A stretch of DNA of 63,953 bases, counting the filler, from Rhabdomonas costata (lineage: Eukaryota), in NCBI GenBank assembly GCA_019059605.1. It is 34 parts of 34 records of this genome, joined end to end, with 100 filler letters (N's around TTAATTAATTAA, not from the genome) between each part and the next. Parts side by side here need not be neighbours in the genome. Positions count along the whole stretch, not along the records: positions 1 to 1,778 come from JAHMHO010009112.1; positions 1,879 to 3,662 come from JAHMHO010009113.1; positions 3,763 to 5,546 come from JAHMHO010009114.1; positions 5,647 to 7,428 come from JAHMHO010009115.1; positions 7,529 to 9,310 come from JAHMHO010009116.1; positions 9,411 to 11,194 come from JAHMHO010009117.1; positions 11,295 to 13,074 come from JAHMHO010009118.1; 27 more parts are not named here. One strand, given 5' to 3'. Made by a program: the position numbers and the translations under genes. The notes beneath the pieces were generated by a model. The model worked only from the letters and a program-made list of their open reading frames with translations, did no database searches and was not told the DNA's origin. Of the stretch, positions 1 to 12,000 are shown piece after piece (the stretch's first letter is position 1; each line of letters opens with the position of its first letter).

Positions 1-929
1 GGGTGGTGGAGCGTGCGCTAATAGCTCTACTGAGAGGGAACTATGTATAAATTCTACCGAGCTAGACCACCTTTTTTTAAAGCATCACGTCACCGAAGAA
101 GACAACAGTCAGCACCGCGCAGGCTTCGGCAAAGCAAGCGAAGTGAGAAGAAGAAAAAGAGAACACCGGGAGACAAATAAAGTTGCGGAACACACCGACC
201 AAACAGAGGGTGGAATATACTCATGGTGATATACGCATGCAGGACGTCCCTCCGCGACAGGAGGGTTACAGGCGTGTGCCGCGTAAGGTTCGCGGTCGTA
301 GCGCTGGTGCGGGTTAAATGCTGTGTCGAGTTCAACGTTTATCCTACATTTGGAACCCTGTTTTGATTAAATTTCGTACAAAAACTTAATAATAGATGTA
401 ACAAAAAAATTTGTTTACCACAGTAATGCATCCACTCATGCTTGGTTTTATGGCAGGTGCTAGAAGTAATAATATCGTCCAGGCGTCAGATGACGGGCTC
501 CGTTTTCCCCGATGTTCCTGATGAGGTGACGAGGGAAGTAAAAGTCAGCTGCTATCTTTGCGGAAAAGGAATGTACTTTATTTGGTCCTTTTAATTATAT
601 TTTCAATCACTTGCCCTCCCCGGTTATTCGGTTAGACCCCCCCCCTTATAGTACCGATATTATTGCACATTGTAGTTTTTTATCCCGTATTGGCTTGCAT
701 TTCAGATGGAGAATCCGAAGCAGGCTGGGTCTTTTGGTATATATCCCAAATGTTTCTTGCTGTGGCTGGTTTGTTTTGTGGTCAGGAGTTTCCGGCCTGT
801 ACCCCAATCAAAGGAGGGCTGTCCAAAACATACCCTTCACACCGCACACGATACAAGGTTGTGTCGCGCTCGTTCTGGGTCTATGTCCGACTGGGGCAAA
901 CCGACGGTGACCTTTCTTGCATTTTTTTT

Positions 930-1005
930 CGACGACAATGTGACGGTAGGAGGTAGGAGGGCATTTGCTTCGACGACGTGACGGTAGGAGGTAGGAGGGC
1001 ACTTG
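930..1005 (+). repeat. Short tandem duplication (2 copies, 35-38 bp)
   Basis: cgacgac(aat)gtgacggtaggaggtaggagggca(t/c)ttg at 930-967 and 971-1005. Confidence 0.9.
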
Positions 1006-1778
1006 TCCGCCCTTTTTGATGTGATTTCCCTTGCAAGTGGAGCTTGAGTGCTTCCGGCTTGCCGAGATGCTTGGGATATACCCTCTGCGCGGTGCCGGGA
1101 CTACTGGTGGTCTGGTGCATGGTGACGTCAAGTCTAACCACTACGCATTGAAATCAAGTGCACGTCGTTGCTTGTCATTCAAAATTTCTGGGTTGCTCCT
1201 GTTCTTTCAGCTTGTGCACTTGCTGATTTTGCTGACCACCTGCTTTCCTGCGAAATCGCGTAAGCGAAATTTCTTTGTTGATTCCTTTTTTGTTGTTCTT
1301 TTGTGAGTCGCAGCAACCCTGAACCATGTTGCTTGGTTGGGTCAAATTCGCATTCTATTCACATTTCACATTTCAGCTGGTTTGAAGGTTGCAGAAAAGA
1401 AGATGGGACTGTGGATCTTCCCCGTGTCCCTGACCTTGCCACACTCCCAGTCATTGGCGTCGCTTGTGCGAGCCAGAGGTTTCTTCATCCCTCTCGTACA
1501 TTCGCTTTGCTGGTTGTCTGAAGAATTCGGCTTTAGACATCTGAAAACCCGCCTGAAATGTGCAGTTGGCGCCGGACGGAGTTGAGCTGATACCCCTGGT
1601 CTGTTACAAGCATGCCAAACGCCAAACAAAAGAATGAAATAATAATTGCTGTTGGCCAAAGTCAACCAGGGCACACAAATAATGGTTAGTTGAAATAATG
1701 GCTTCTTGAAGGAGCGTCGTGCTTGCAGCCCAAACAAAAGCTGTGATGTTGGTGACTTCGGCGGCACATGTAAGGGAT

Positions 1779-1878
1779 NNNNNNNNNNNNNNNNNNNNNN
1801 NNNNNNNNNNNNNNNNNNNNNNTTAATTAATTAANNNNNNNNNNNNNNNNNNNNNNNNNNNNNNNNNNNNNNNNNNNN
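1779..1878. other. Artificial contig spacer N44-TTAATTAATTAA-N44 (first of 33 identical spacers)
   Basis: The same 100-nt spacer, with stops in all six frames, recurs about every 1.88 kb. Contigs start at 1, 1879, 3763, 5647, 7529, 9411, 11295, 13175, 15057, 16940, 18823, 20706, 22584, 24467, 26350, 28233, 30176, 32059, 33941, 35823, 37706, 39588, 41470, 43355, 45237, 47119, 49001, 50883, 52765, 54647, 56529, 58408, 60290 and 62172. Confidence 0.99.
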
Positions 1879-2112
1879 TGTTATTATTGTCATCGGTTGG
1901 GGACAATGCAATACTGCACCCTGAAATAAGCAAAAATTGCGGAGTACAGACAACTGCACCACTCTCACGAAGGGACATGAAACCTCATTTGACGGCCTCC
2001 GTCCAAATGAACGAGAGAAAGAAAAGGGAAATGACAGAAAAATGGGCCCCAGAGCTAGAGCAATTTCATCGAGGACGGGGGGGGGGGGGGGTGCGCGGCG
2101 GGGACAGGGTGC

Positions 2113-3636
2113 CTGCAGCGCGAGCTCCCTCGTAGGGACCAGGATGAGGGCAGACGGAAAACCCCTCTGTACAGCTCGCCGGAGGTTTTGCAGGATGGGA
2201 ATGCCGAAAGCCAGCTGAGGCATTGACAACGGATAAATAATATGGTGTGTAACAACCACGCCTCCACTCCAATGCCTTCCACACACACGACAGCGACGGA
2301 ACACAGAAGCAACAAAGAGGACAAACAAAACCCCCAACACCGCGGCGTGAACCCAACTCGTAAGTGAAGAGCTGGGGAGCCATCTGCAGCGTGCGCCTGG
2401 CAAGCATCTTCCCTCATCCATCGTGTGGGCCAAATCATCGCTGGACAACCCCCCACCTTTGACACAACACAGGTCTTTTGATAGGCTGTTTCCTTTCTTC
2501 ACACTCGTGCTGCGCAGTGACCTCGACCCGCGCCTTGGTTTGAGTTCCCTTGCGATACGTTGCCCTTTTCATTCCTCATCCCATCGTTGACCTTGTTTTG
2601 TACACTATTGCGTTTCTCCTGAGCGGCTTTAGGTTATTAAAAATGCACGCCTACCGGTGAGATTTGTCGGAAAATTTCCAACCGCGTTTTCCAAATTATT
2701 TATCATGCTTTAGTATCAATCCCCACCAAAGCTTTCACTTTTCTGAGAGTTTTCCACTTTTTTTTTGCAAATTCCCTCTTGGTTTTCTTCTACCTCATTT
2801 TGAGCTCTCAAAAATCCCAAACTCCAACCGGCATCTCGGAATCAGCCGCGTGCTTTTCTTTTTCTGTGAGCTCTTTCTTCTTCTTTCAATCTTCCCGTGT
2901 TGAAATTATACTGTGAAGTAAATCAAAGGGTAAAAACCCATAGTAGATCCGGGTAGACCCAGCAAGTCTTTGGGGTGACACCACTTCTGCGGAGAAATTG
3001 CATTTGACCATTTGGACAGCTTTTTTTAAACCTCCATAAGACCTTAGCGCAGAAAGATGTGCGGAGGGTTGCGGAGAGACGGCCCAAAGCTGAGGCCCGA
3101 AAGCACACCGTTTTCCCACTTCCTGTCTTTGCCTTGCCACAGATGTCCCGTCCTGAGCGAGCCAGTGCACAGCACACATGCATGCACACACTTCTGAACC
3201 AGGCATTTCACAGACGGGTGCAAGGAATACAGACACTATGAGGCAAGGAAATCGACTAACATTCAAAGACAATGGTCTGCATTGAATCGACGAAATTTTA
3301 GAATGTAAAAAATAACAACATAACATAACAAAAACATTTCCCCCTGTTTTCCCCCCTGGACAGTGGTACGATGCCGTAAGAAGGCACAGGGGAACCCGTG
3401 TCGTGAGTTTTTCTCGCAAATGGCTCCATTGACACCAACCGATGCTCACACCAACATTCCACACACCGACACACATGACTGGCGATAGGCATGCCTTGCA
3501 GGGCGTCCGGGAGTACCAGGGCTTGGATCGGGAAGGCGCTGCTGAACCCCCCGCGCGCCAGCAGGGAGCACAGCGGGGGGCTTACCCCGAGGTCCGCGAA
3601 GCTTGGGAGCGAGGACCCCCCGTCCTCCGCAGTCAT
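2113..3636 (-). CDS. DEAD-box RNA helicase, 5' part (3 exons)
   Basis: Exons 3636-3495, 3152-3109 and 2214-2113 splice in frame to MTAEDGGSSLPSFADLGV...AFPIQALVLPDALQ-G-RDICGKAKTGSGKT-LAFGIPILQ...ALILVPTRELALQ, giving the Q motif, motif I and motif Ia. Intron 1 is GC-AG, intron 2 is GT-AG, and the next donor is probably GC. Confidence 0.95.
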
Positions 3637-4193
3637 CTCCGCACCGCCTTCCCAACCCCCACNNNNNNNNNNNNNNNNNNNNNNNNNNNNNNNNNNNNNN
3701 NNNNNNTTAATTAATTAANNNNNNNNNNNNNNNNNNNNNNNNNNNNNNNNNNNNNNNNNNNNGCCGTGCGTGCCTTCCCTTCTGCGGTATAATATATTTC
3801 CCCCCTTGGGGCTACCGTGGGAATGCGTTTTTATTAGTATGGCCTGATGTGGGATTGAAATTTGCGTTCAGTGCTGCTTGCATGAGGATACCAAGATTGG
3901 TTCCCCAACATAAGTGGCATCTTCGGTTGGGCTGACATCACCACAATGACTCGTGGCGTGTAGCTTTGATCTGCGACTCCACTCTCAACGGTCTCCTGTT
4001 AGTTTGGCTGCTTGGCCTTGCCTTCCCTTTGTGTTGGCATCATCGATCCTTCGCCCCGGATCTGTCAAGCCGCAACTCCACCGCCGAAGATGCACCTGCC
4101 ACCGCAGTGAACCTCATATTAGTGGAGTGCCTTTTGCTGACATGAAGAGTGCTCCCTCTCCCCTGCGCCCACACGTCTGTGTGGTACCCGCAG

Positions 4194-4705
4194 CTTTGCC
4201 GTGGAGACGCTTGAGCTGCTGAAGCCCTGGGCCCACCGCAGCGCCGCAGTGCGGCCCCTGCGGCTGGTGCTACAGCTGCTACAGGGCTCTGTGGTGGCCG
4301 CCCCTTCTGGGGGGGCCCCTGGAGCACGGGTCCCGGACTGTGTGGTGGACCAGCTTCTGCGCAGCTCGTGCAGCACCAGTGACGGTTTGGGCACTCAACT
4401 TCTCCCTCCACCAATTTCCTTTGGAGCGCTTCTTTCTCTTTCCTTTCCCCTCCTGCGGGGAAGGTCTCTCAGATCATGCGGCATGCCCAAGATTGGCAGA
4501 GGGTCCCTCGGCAGGGGTGAGCAGTGCGTGAGTTCATGGCCGTTGTCCGCCATCGTCCATTGGCATGGCATTTCGCTCATCACTCACAACCACCGGCTTT
4601 CCTGCAGGAGAGATGACGGTGCTGCACTGCTTGCTGCGAGCCCTGGTGCTATATTATCTCCCCCTCACCCCGCTGGAGCTGGAGTTGTGGCAGAGTTGCC
4701 CCGAG
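4194..4705 (+). CDS. Importin-beta family (importin-11-like) HEAT protein, internal exons
   Basis: Exons 4194-4384, 4473-4523 and 4608-4705 have GT-AG borders and compatible phases. LLRALVLYYLPLTPLELELWQSCPE resembles the importin-11 LV..Y..LT..ELE.W..DPE segment. Confidence 0.55.
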
Positions 4706-7700
4706 GTACGCACACACATTTGCACAAGTGGCCCACATCACCCACATTGTGGAGAAGCTCATGACAACGGCTTCGAACATTTTCATGCAGTGGTGGTGTC
4801 ACGGGCATAATGTGGAAAGGCCGGCCTCCACCTTTTACACCGCCAAAAGTTCACAGGCGGGCTTTGTATGGGTTGACATGGGTGCATCAAGCCCTGCCCA
4901 GCCGCTGGATTGTCAAGCGCACCCCCGACATCAAGGCTCGAAGGGTTCCGGGTGTAGGTGAGAATGAAACCTTTCGGATTTGCGTAGGGTTTGAATGGGG
5001 GGGGGGGTCATATTGTCCACCCGCCATTTTCGCTGTATCTCAAATAAATTGCAAACAAGGTCTCCAAGCGGATACTCATGCAAAGCGTTCAAGGCATGCA
5101 GGGTTATGTATGTGTTATTCTCCAAATGAATTGCCATTGTGAGACATGCAGAGAGATGAGAGAAGCGACGCGTTCCAGAAACAGCCAAAAAATTAGGAAC
5201 GCAAGAATAGTGCATTTTTGTTTTGGAAATAAAGCCCCTTGCAGCTTGGTTGCTTCGTGGCGTGTCTCCACTCACACATTCGATACCGTCCCCCCTCTGT
5301 CCAGCTCCCGGTGTGGTTTGTTTGTTATATTTCTCTTATGGTTTCTGTTTAACGCTTCAGCGTCGGTTCCTCATTGTGTTTTGTCTTTGCGTTTTGCTGG
5401 TGCCAAACTGGTTTGTACTGTAGTGTCGCTGGTGGCTGCGAACCATTGGCGCGCCGTCTGGTAGGACATGCCATGGTGTCAGTGCTTGTTTGCATGACTT
5501 TGACGACCCCTGCGCTTGCCCCCATTTCCCAATTCAAAAAACAAAANNNNNNNNNNNNNNNNNNNNNNNNNNNNNNNNNNNNNNNNNNNNTTAATTAATT
5601 AANNNNNNNNNNNNNNNNNNNNNNNNNNNNNNNNNNNNNNNNNNNNGTTGGTGTGTGAAAAAATAAATGGGGTCCGTGTGCGCTGCCGCGGCGGCAGCGC
5701 ACACGGACCCCATTTATTTTTTCACGAAACAACACTACTCACCCAAGGCACCGCGGCAAAGACCAAACTTCTGAAACGGAGTACCAAGCAAAGCGCAGAT
5801 CTCCTAGAACGTTTCGGGTTTCCAGAGAGTACAGAAGAGGTATGGGAGATCGCGAGAGACCATTCACACGAGGGCAAAGCCGAAGCATACCTGGGGTCTT
5901 TTGTATACAGCAGACCTCCCGAAACGCTGCGGTGGCAGGTCCTTGAGGTCAGAATTTTTGACTATATCCTTTCTCGTTTCGGATCAGAAGGAATTCCCTT
6001 TGTTTGGAGGTTGTGGGAGAGGTCAAGGAACACATCAGAACAGTGTGAGCAATGCCAGAAGCAAAGGAAGCACCAAGAAGAAAAACTACACTGGTCACTA
6101 CGTAAAAGTTATGAGGGGAGCGGCCCTTGTATCTCAATGGCGTGAATTCTCTACGTACTTTGGCGATCCAACCGAAGCCCACTGAGCCAAAAGAAGTGCT
6201 TGTAATCGGAAAACATCACATTGACCATACACCGCAGAATACAACAGCTGCCTCTCTGGTGGGCTCAGGCGGGAAAGGATTCAACGGCAATTGGTTCAGC
6301 AACAGACAGCTCAGTATGTTGGACAATACACAAACACGGGGGTATATAGTGAGCGCGAAAGGTCACCCATCACGGGTTCGAAGGCACCGTGACCGTACAT
6401 GTTTTACGGGGTGGAAGGCGAGGGCACGGGAGGGGGCCGGGTTGAAGACACAGTGCCGGACACCCACACAGAGCAGCCAGCGATGGGAGGCAGAGAATCC
6501 CACTCTGATATCGCAGAGAGAAAACCGCCTCACACTCCAACTAATAGGCAAGCACACAATTGGAACAAGGCAAGGGGGTGTCCGAAGGCCTGAACAGTGG
6601 AGAAGCGGGAGTGTGCACGTGAATAGGTTCTGTGGCGCACTCCTGCCTCCTCTTCCTTTCTTGCTTTGGTTGCATGACACCCTTGGCTGCTGGTCAAACT
6701 TCTGTGCAAACACACAAAAGACAACGCATGACTGAAACAGACACACACATACACACACGCCACGTGCACAAGGCGTTGCTTTGGTGGAGGTCTTTTCTTC
6801 CTCCGGCGGTCGCGCACACAAATACACACAAGGCACCGTATGACGCCACGCTGCCCTTGCGATCCCAGATCTACGGAGTCCTCCCCAATGGGATTTCTTT
6901 TCTTGCTTTCACCGTCACGACCGTCACGACACCACATCCCTCCATCGCTCCAGAAACACACAGAGTACATCAATACAGACCCAAAAAGCCACTCGCCGCT
7001 CAGATTCCCCCCAAAGCAATAGCACACTGGGACAGACAGAGCAAAGAGAAAACTCGCTCCTACAACTCCACCCATACAAGCCCCTCCCTCGTCAATGTTG
7101 TCAGGTAAGCAAAGCAGGATCACCATGTCTTTATGGGCTATAAGATAGCCCCCCCCCAATCTGCCAAACGGTTGCCTTAATAAGGTACTCTGCACCTTAA
7201 ACTCAGGACTCATCTTTCCTATTTTTTTTTGAGGCTTCATGCGTTGCAACTGGAAAAAACCTGCCAACACAGTCAAAATATCAGAATATGACCCTTACAG
7301 TTGGTATCATTCACATAAGACTGAAAAAGTTAGCATAAATCTCGCGCCGCAGGATGGAGGATGGAGGCTGTTCACGGAGCCCATCTTTAACGCCGCGAAA
7401 CTGAGGGAGTGGCTTGCCACCCCCACAANNNNNNNNNNNNNNNNNNNNNNNNNNNNNNNNNNNNNNNNNNNNTTAATTAATTAANNNNNNNNNNNNNNNN
7501 NNNNNNNNNNNNNNNNNNNNNNNNNNNNGTGGGGGGGTGGTAATCCAAAGCGCTCAGGCTCACATCGGGAGCAAATTCACTGCATTCCGACGGGTGTCCC
7601 TTCCGCCGAATGACCAATACAGCTGTACGGGTGGAGAGGGGTTGCACGATGGGTACCGAGGTTGGAAGAACCAACTCCGATGAGCTGCATTCCATCTTCG

Positions 7701-8420
7701 GGTGTCCAACTTTGAGCCCTTCGGGAGCCGACGCTGGACCGGATCCTTTTGGAGCGCTTCTCTGGTGCCTTGACTTTTTTGAGACGCATCATGGCCATCC
7801 GGATGCAGGACAACTTAAACGACTCCTTACCACGCCAAAGAGCGTCCATCCCTTCTTTTGCTGGAAAACGAGACACAAAACACAGTCCTCCATTCTGGCA
7901 ATTGAACGCACGCAGGCACAGAAGCGCAATAGCCGCAAAAGTGCCTATCAGCCTTTACAAAACACCAGAGACACGCACGCAGACGGGTGCCACAGCTCAC
8001 CACTCACTCGACAACGCAATTCACCGAATAACTTGTAGAATTGGAAGGACACAGGAAGAAGAAGATAGGTGAATGACAAAACGTAGTGTGAGAAAAGAGG
8101 GGGAGCATTTCTGTTTCGTCAAAACAAACAGGTGTGCATCTCCAGTATGCCTCTCCAAAAAAAAACAAGACTGCCTTTTCAGCCAGACAAGAAGGCCATG
8201 ATGAGCATTCTTGTGCTTCCTACGCACTTCCTTCACACATTTACAAAAGCCAAATGAAGGCACAATGAGGTCGGCAGGAAAGCACAGCCTCAAAAACAAA
8301 AGGACCCCATATGCGTCACGCAAAGTAACACAAAGCACTTCGATGTGCAACTAACCCTGTTAACATACTCTACCTCTAACGGTAGGTGTTGCAAGCTCTG
8401 CTCACACCAGCTCACCGGGT

Positions 8421-9092
8421 TCATCCCGATGCCCCTCGCGGAAGCAGGCTGGACCAGTGGCAGCCCAGGCCAAGGTCCAACTCCTCCCTGGACCGCAGCA
8501 GCCTCGTCTCCAGAAGCACGAAGCCTTGGGACCGGGCAGACTGCAGCCCAAGCTGGAATAGCTCCTGCAGGGTGGAGAGCAGCGCCTGCTGACGTGGGTC
8601 TGAGGGGTCCACAGCACATCCCTGACTGCCGCTCTGCCACAGAGCCATCGCCTTGATCCGGTAAAACTCCGCGTCCAAAGTTCGCTGCGGGGAATAGATA
8701 AGAATGGCCACTCAGAGTGGGTGTGTCTCTGGGCAAGTGGAGTGCGGAGCAAAAAGCTCTATTTATGCTGAACGATGCTCGCGACATGTTGGCGGCCACC
8801 TATAAGGCAGGCAACCTTCACTACCGTTCCAAATTACGACTACCGAAACATTCGCTGACACTGGATCGAACAGTTTTCAGCGTGGGTGCAGGAACGAGAG
8901 GGTGTGCAAGTTTGTCACCTGATTGCAGTGGAGACCCTTGTCACAGGCCTCTACCACCTTGTCCCAAAGCTTCGCCTCGAAGTAGCTCGAGGCCAGCAAG
9001 TAGTGAAAAATCGGAGCAGCTCCCTTCTTCACGAGCTCACCCATGGCCTTCTCGACCACCACAAGCCCCGTATCCAGGCGACCAGCCAAAAC
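8421..9092 (-). CDS. TPR-like C-terminus (last two exons), resembling tails of cyclase/AAA-ATPase STAND proteins
   Basis: Exons 9092-8919 and 8684-8421 (stop) are joined by a phase-0 GT-AG intron. Helical segments FHYLLASSYFEAKLWDKVVEACDKGL and AEFYRIKA...ARSQGFVLLETR. Confidence 0.5.
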
Positions 9093-12000
9093 CTGCACCC
9101 CAGTACATATTTGTCCTTGTTTACATTTAATTTGCGACAGTGGCAATGGGGGGGGTACAGCCATGGGAACATAAAAATTCGAAGCAAACCTTTCAAATTT
9201 CTTTGAGCTTTCTTCCGTTTTTTTGTCGTACAAGATGGCCAAAAATATAACATAGAAAAACGCACGCACCCGAGGCACTCCCAAGCGCTGCCCTGTGGAA
9301 AAGGCAGCAANNNNNNNNNNNNNNNNNNNNNNNNNNNNNNNNNNNNNNNNNNNNTTAATTAATTAANNNNNNNNNNNNNNNNNNNNNNNNNNNNNNNNNN
9401 NNNNNNNNNNGGGTTGGGTGAGTTTCTCCCTCCGTCTTCTTCATTTTTATCAAGCGCTCCCAGTGGTCCATTGCGGGCCACACGAAGATGTTTTTTTCGA
9501 GTGGTGGTTACTCTCGAAAGCAATCTTGGGAAATCATGACAAAGATGAAGAAGACGGAGGGAGAAACTCACCCTTTCCCACATTCCGTGCATTGAAAAAA
9601 AAGCAATTTAGAGACCTGTCATTGGTTGTTGGTTGTTGGCTCCTGATGTTCCTCGTCAAGGTTCTGAAACTGGGTTTTGGCATCCACCGACAATATGCAC
9701 TTCCGGCAGCATAACGCCACATTTACTAGAATAGGTTTTTTAGTGGGGGGGGGATTCACGCTGCATTTCACGGGTGCATTGACTTTATTTGCCCGAGTCC
9801 CATAAAGGGCCATTTTTTTGCTTGTTCGCCTTTGTCGCTTTTGTGCTTTCGTCTTTCCAAAAAGAAAGAGTTAGAGAGAAAGAATCAGGACGCCTATAGA
9901 TATTGTGTGTTGGTGACGTTGTTGCTGTTCTGTTTGTCCATGTTTATAGTTTTTTGTTCGAATGGTAAGCGCCGTTGCAGGACGGCACCACTTGCATGGG
10001 ACTTTTCGTGGTTCCTTCGCCACCACTATAACAACATGCAAGAACCGCCTATTCAGAACTCTGAGCTGCGGAGTTCTTGGTGTTGTTTGTCTTGCGGTCA
10101 GCGCATACAGCAGTGCGGTCTTCGGTCATTGTTTTGTTGATTTTTCTTATTGACTTATTAACTCGAAAAATGTGCGACAAAAGTTCTCTCAGCCGCCCAT
10201 GCAGTGCAACCTCTGCAAGTCCTGCCCGGGTGCGTGGCTTTCAGGTTTTTTTTTTTGCTCTTTCGAGTTTCGCACTTTTCAAAGAACTGCTGTTGTTTCA
10301 CAGGACACCACCGAGATTATGAAATTATTTGAGGTTTGGTTTTCTTTCTTCTTTTCTGTTCTAAGGTGAGGTGTCACAGAGATTTCCGTTTCGAGGTTCT
10401 CCCTCTTGTGCTTCGCTGCTCATAGCTGAACTCCGAGCTGGCTGCGAAGCTTGCACACATGGAGGCCAGGCTTGACGCCGTAGGGGTCCCAATTTCTCAC
10501 TGCCAGCACGTGACGTGGTTGGCCGGGGCTCAGTCTCAACGTGTTCAAGCGCAAAGCCCGTCGCCTGCGTCGCTCGCAGCGTCCTCTCCTCGACCAAGGT
10601 GTTTTGTTGTATTTTCTTTACTGTTATTTGGAAGGTTTCGTGGGAATTCATGGAATTTCAATTTTTTTTTCTCTTTTTTACTTTTCTTGTGTTAATAATG
10701 GCGCGCCTTTGTGTCCCCAGCTCAGTGCCCACATCTGCACTGTTACCCTGCATGCTGCCAAATCGACCCAAACTGTTGTGTTTCCCCTTCCCATCTTTTC
10801 GTTCCTCCTTGAACATTGTTTGTTTTTATTCTTTGACTTAGGGACAGTTGTGTCTGTTTGTTCGTGTTTGTGTATGTGTGTGCGATGTAAAGACAGAAAA
10901 GACACACACACGTGAAGGAGAGCGATGATGGAAAGAAAAGAAAGCTGCCCCTAACCTAAGACGCGCGCAGTCTGGGTGCTCGCACGGAGGGTCCTATAGC
11001 TCTGTTGTCAGACGTGGGGTGCCGGCTCACCAGACAACAGGCCACGACCCTCCGCCTGCCCCACGTGTCCCAGGCTTATGTACACAAACGCGCGAAAGAA
11101 ACTCTGAGTCTTCCCCAACCGGCGCCCAACACAGGCGAGAAACCGTTGTCGGGGTGTGGAGCATGCTTTTTGCACGCCCACTCCACACCCACACNNNNNN
11201 NNNNNNNNNNNNNNNNNNNNNNNNNNNNNNNNNNNNNNTTAATTAATTAANNNNNNNNNNNNNNNNNNNNNNNNNNNNNNNNNNNNNNNNNNNNGGTCGC
11301 TGTGTTCTGTCCCCTGGTGCACTCGGGGGAGCCTCCCTACCTGCCGGTCTCCCGGGCTACCCCGCTCACTATCCCGCCGCATTCATGTGTGCTTGTCACC
11401 CTTCCCTGTGCTACGGGCCCGGGGCCATTCCGGTGTCATCCTCTGAAGGGCGGTCCACCGCCCCACTCGCTGGCCCTCTTCGCGGGCTGTCGATGCTGGG
11501 CTCGTACCCCTTTAGAGGGGTCGAGGATCGTTCTGGGGCCTTCCCTGCGATGGGAACGGCGCGGCCTTCTCCCAGCGTCCCATTACGGGCCTGGGGCTCC
11601 ACCCCAAGAAGGGCCCGCCGATTCTCAGAGCCCAAAAGCGTGGCTGTGGGCGCAGCAGGGGATGCCAGCACCCCCGCTCCCTCGCGAAGAGCTACGTTTC
11701 TCGGGAGCCCCCCCTTGCCTCCTGCCGTACTACCTGTCTCAGCGTCTTTCCCAGCTCGGCCCTTCTCTCCCACGGCCCCTGGGGAGGACTTTTCTGGCCT
11801 CCCCGAGGGTTCTCCCTCGGGGGTGGCGGATAGGGAGCTCCCGATGACTCCGATCTGTTAGCACAATACCGCGTGGAGGCGGCTACGTGGCAAGCGGGTC
11901 CTGCCTTTCTTTGCTTTCCGTCCCTTTGAGGAAATCTTCAAGGGTGAAAAGGGTGCTACACCGAGCTGATGATAGGTCGAAGAGTTGGTGTGCGAAGGTG

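Noticed and set aside
1038..1150. Kinase-like VHGDVKSNH motif
   Set aside because: No other kinase subdomains or convincing exon borders nearby.
1823..1834. Regularly spaced TTAATTAATTAA repeats resembling an array
   Set aside because: They are embedded in N runs with fixed geometry, so this is an assembly concatenation linker and not a CRISPR array or biological repeat.
5648..6735. Overlapping 165-aa and 202-aa ORFs
   Set aside because: No recognisable motif or splice pattern; may be a decayed element but I cannot support a call.
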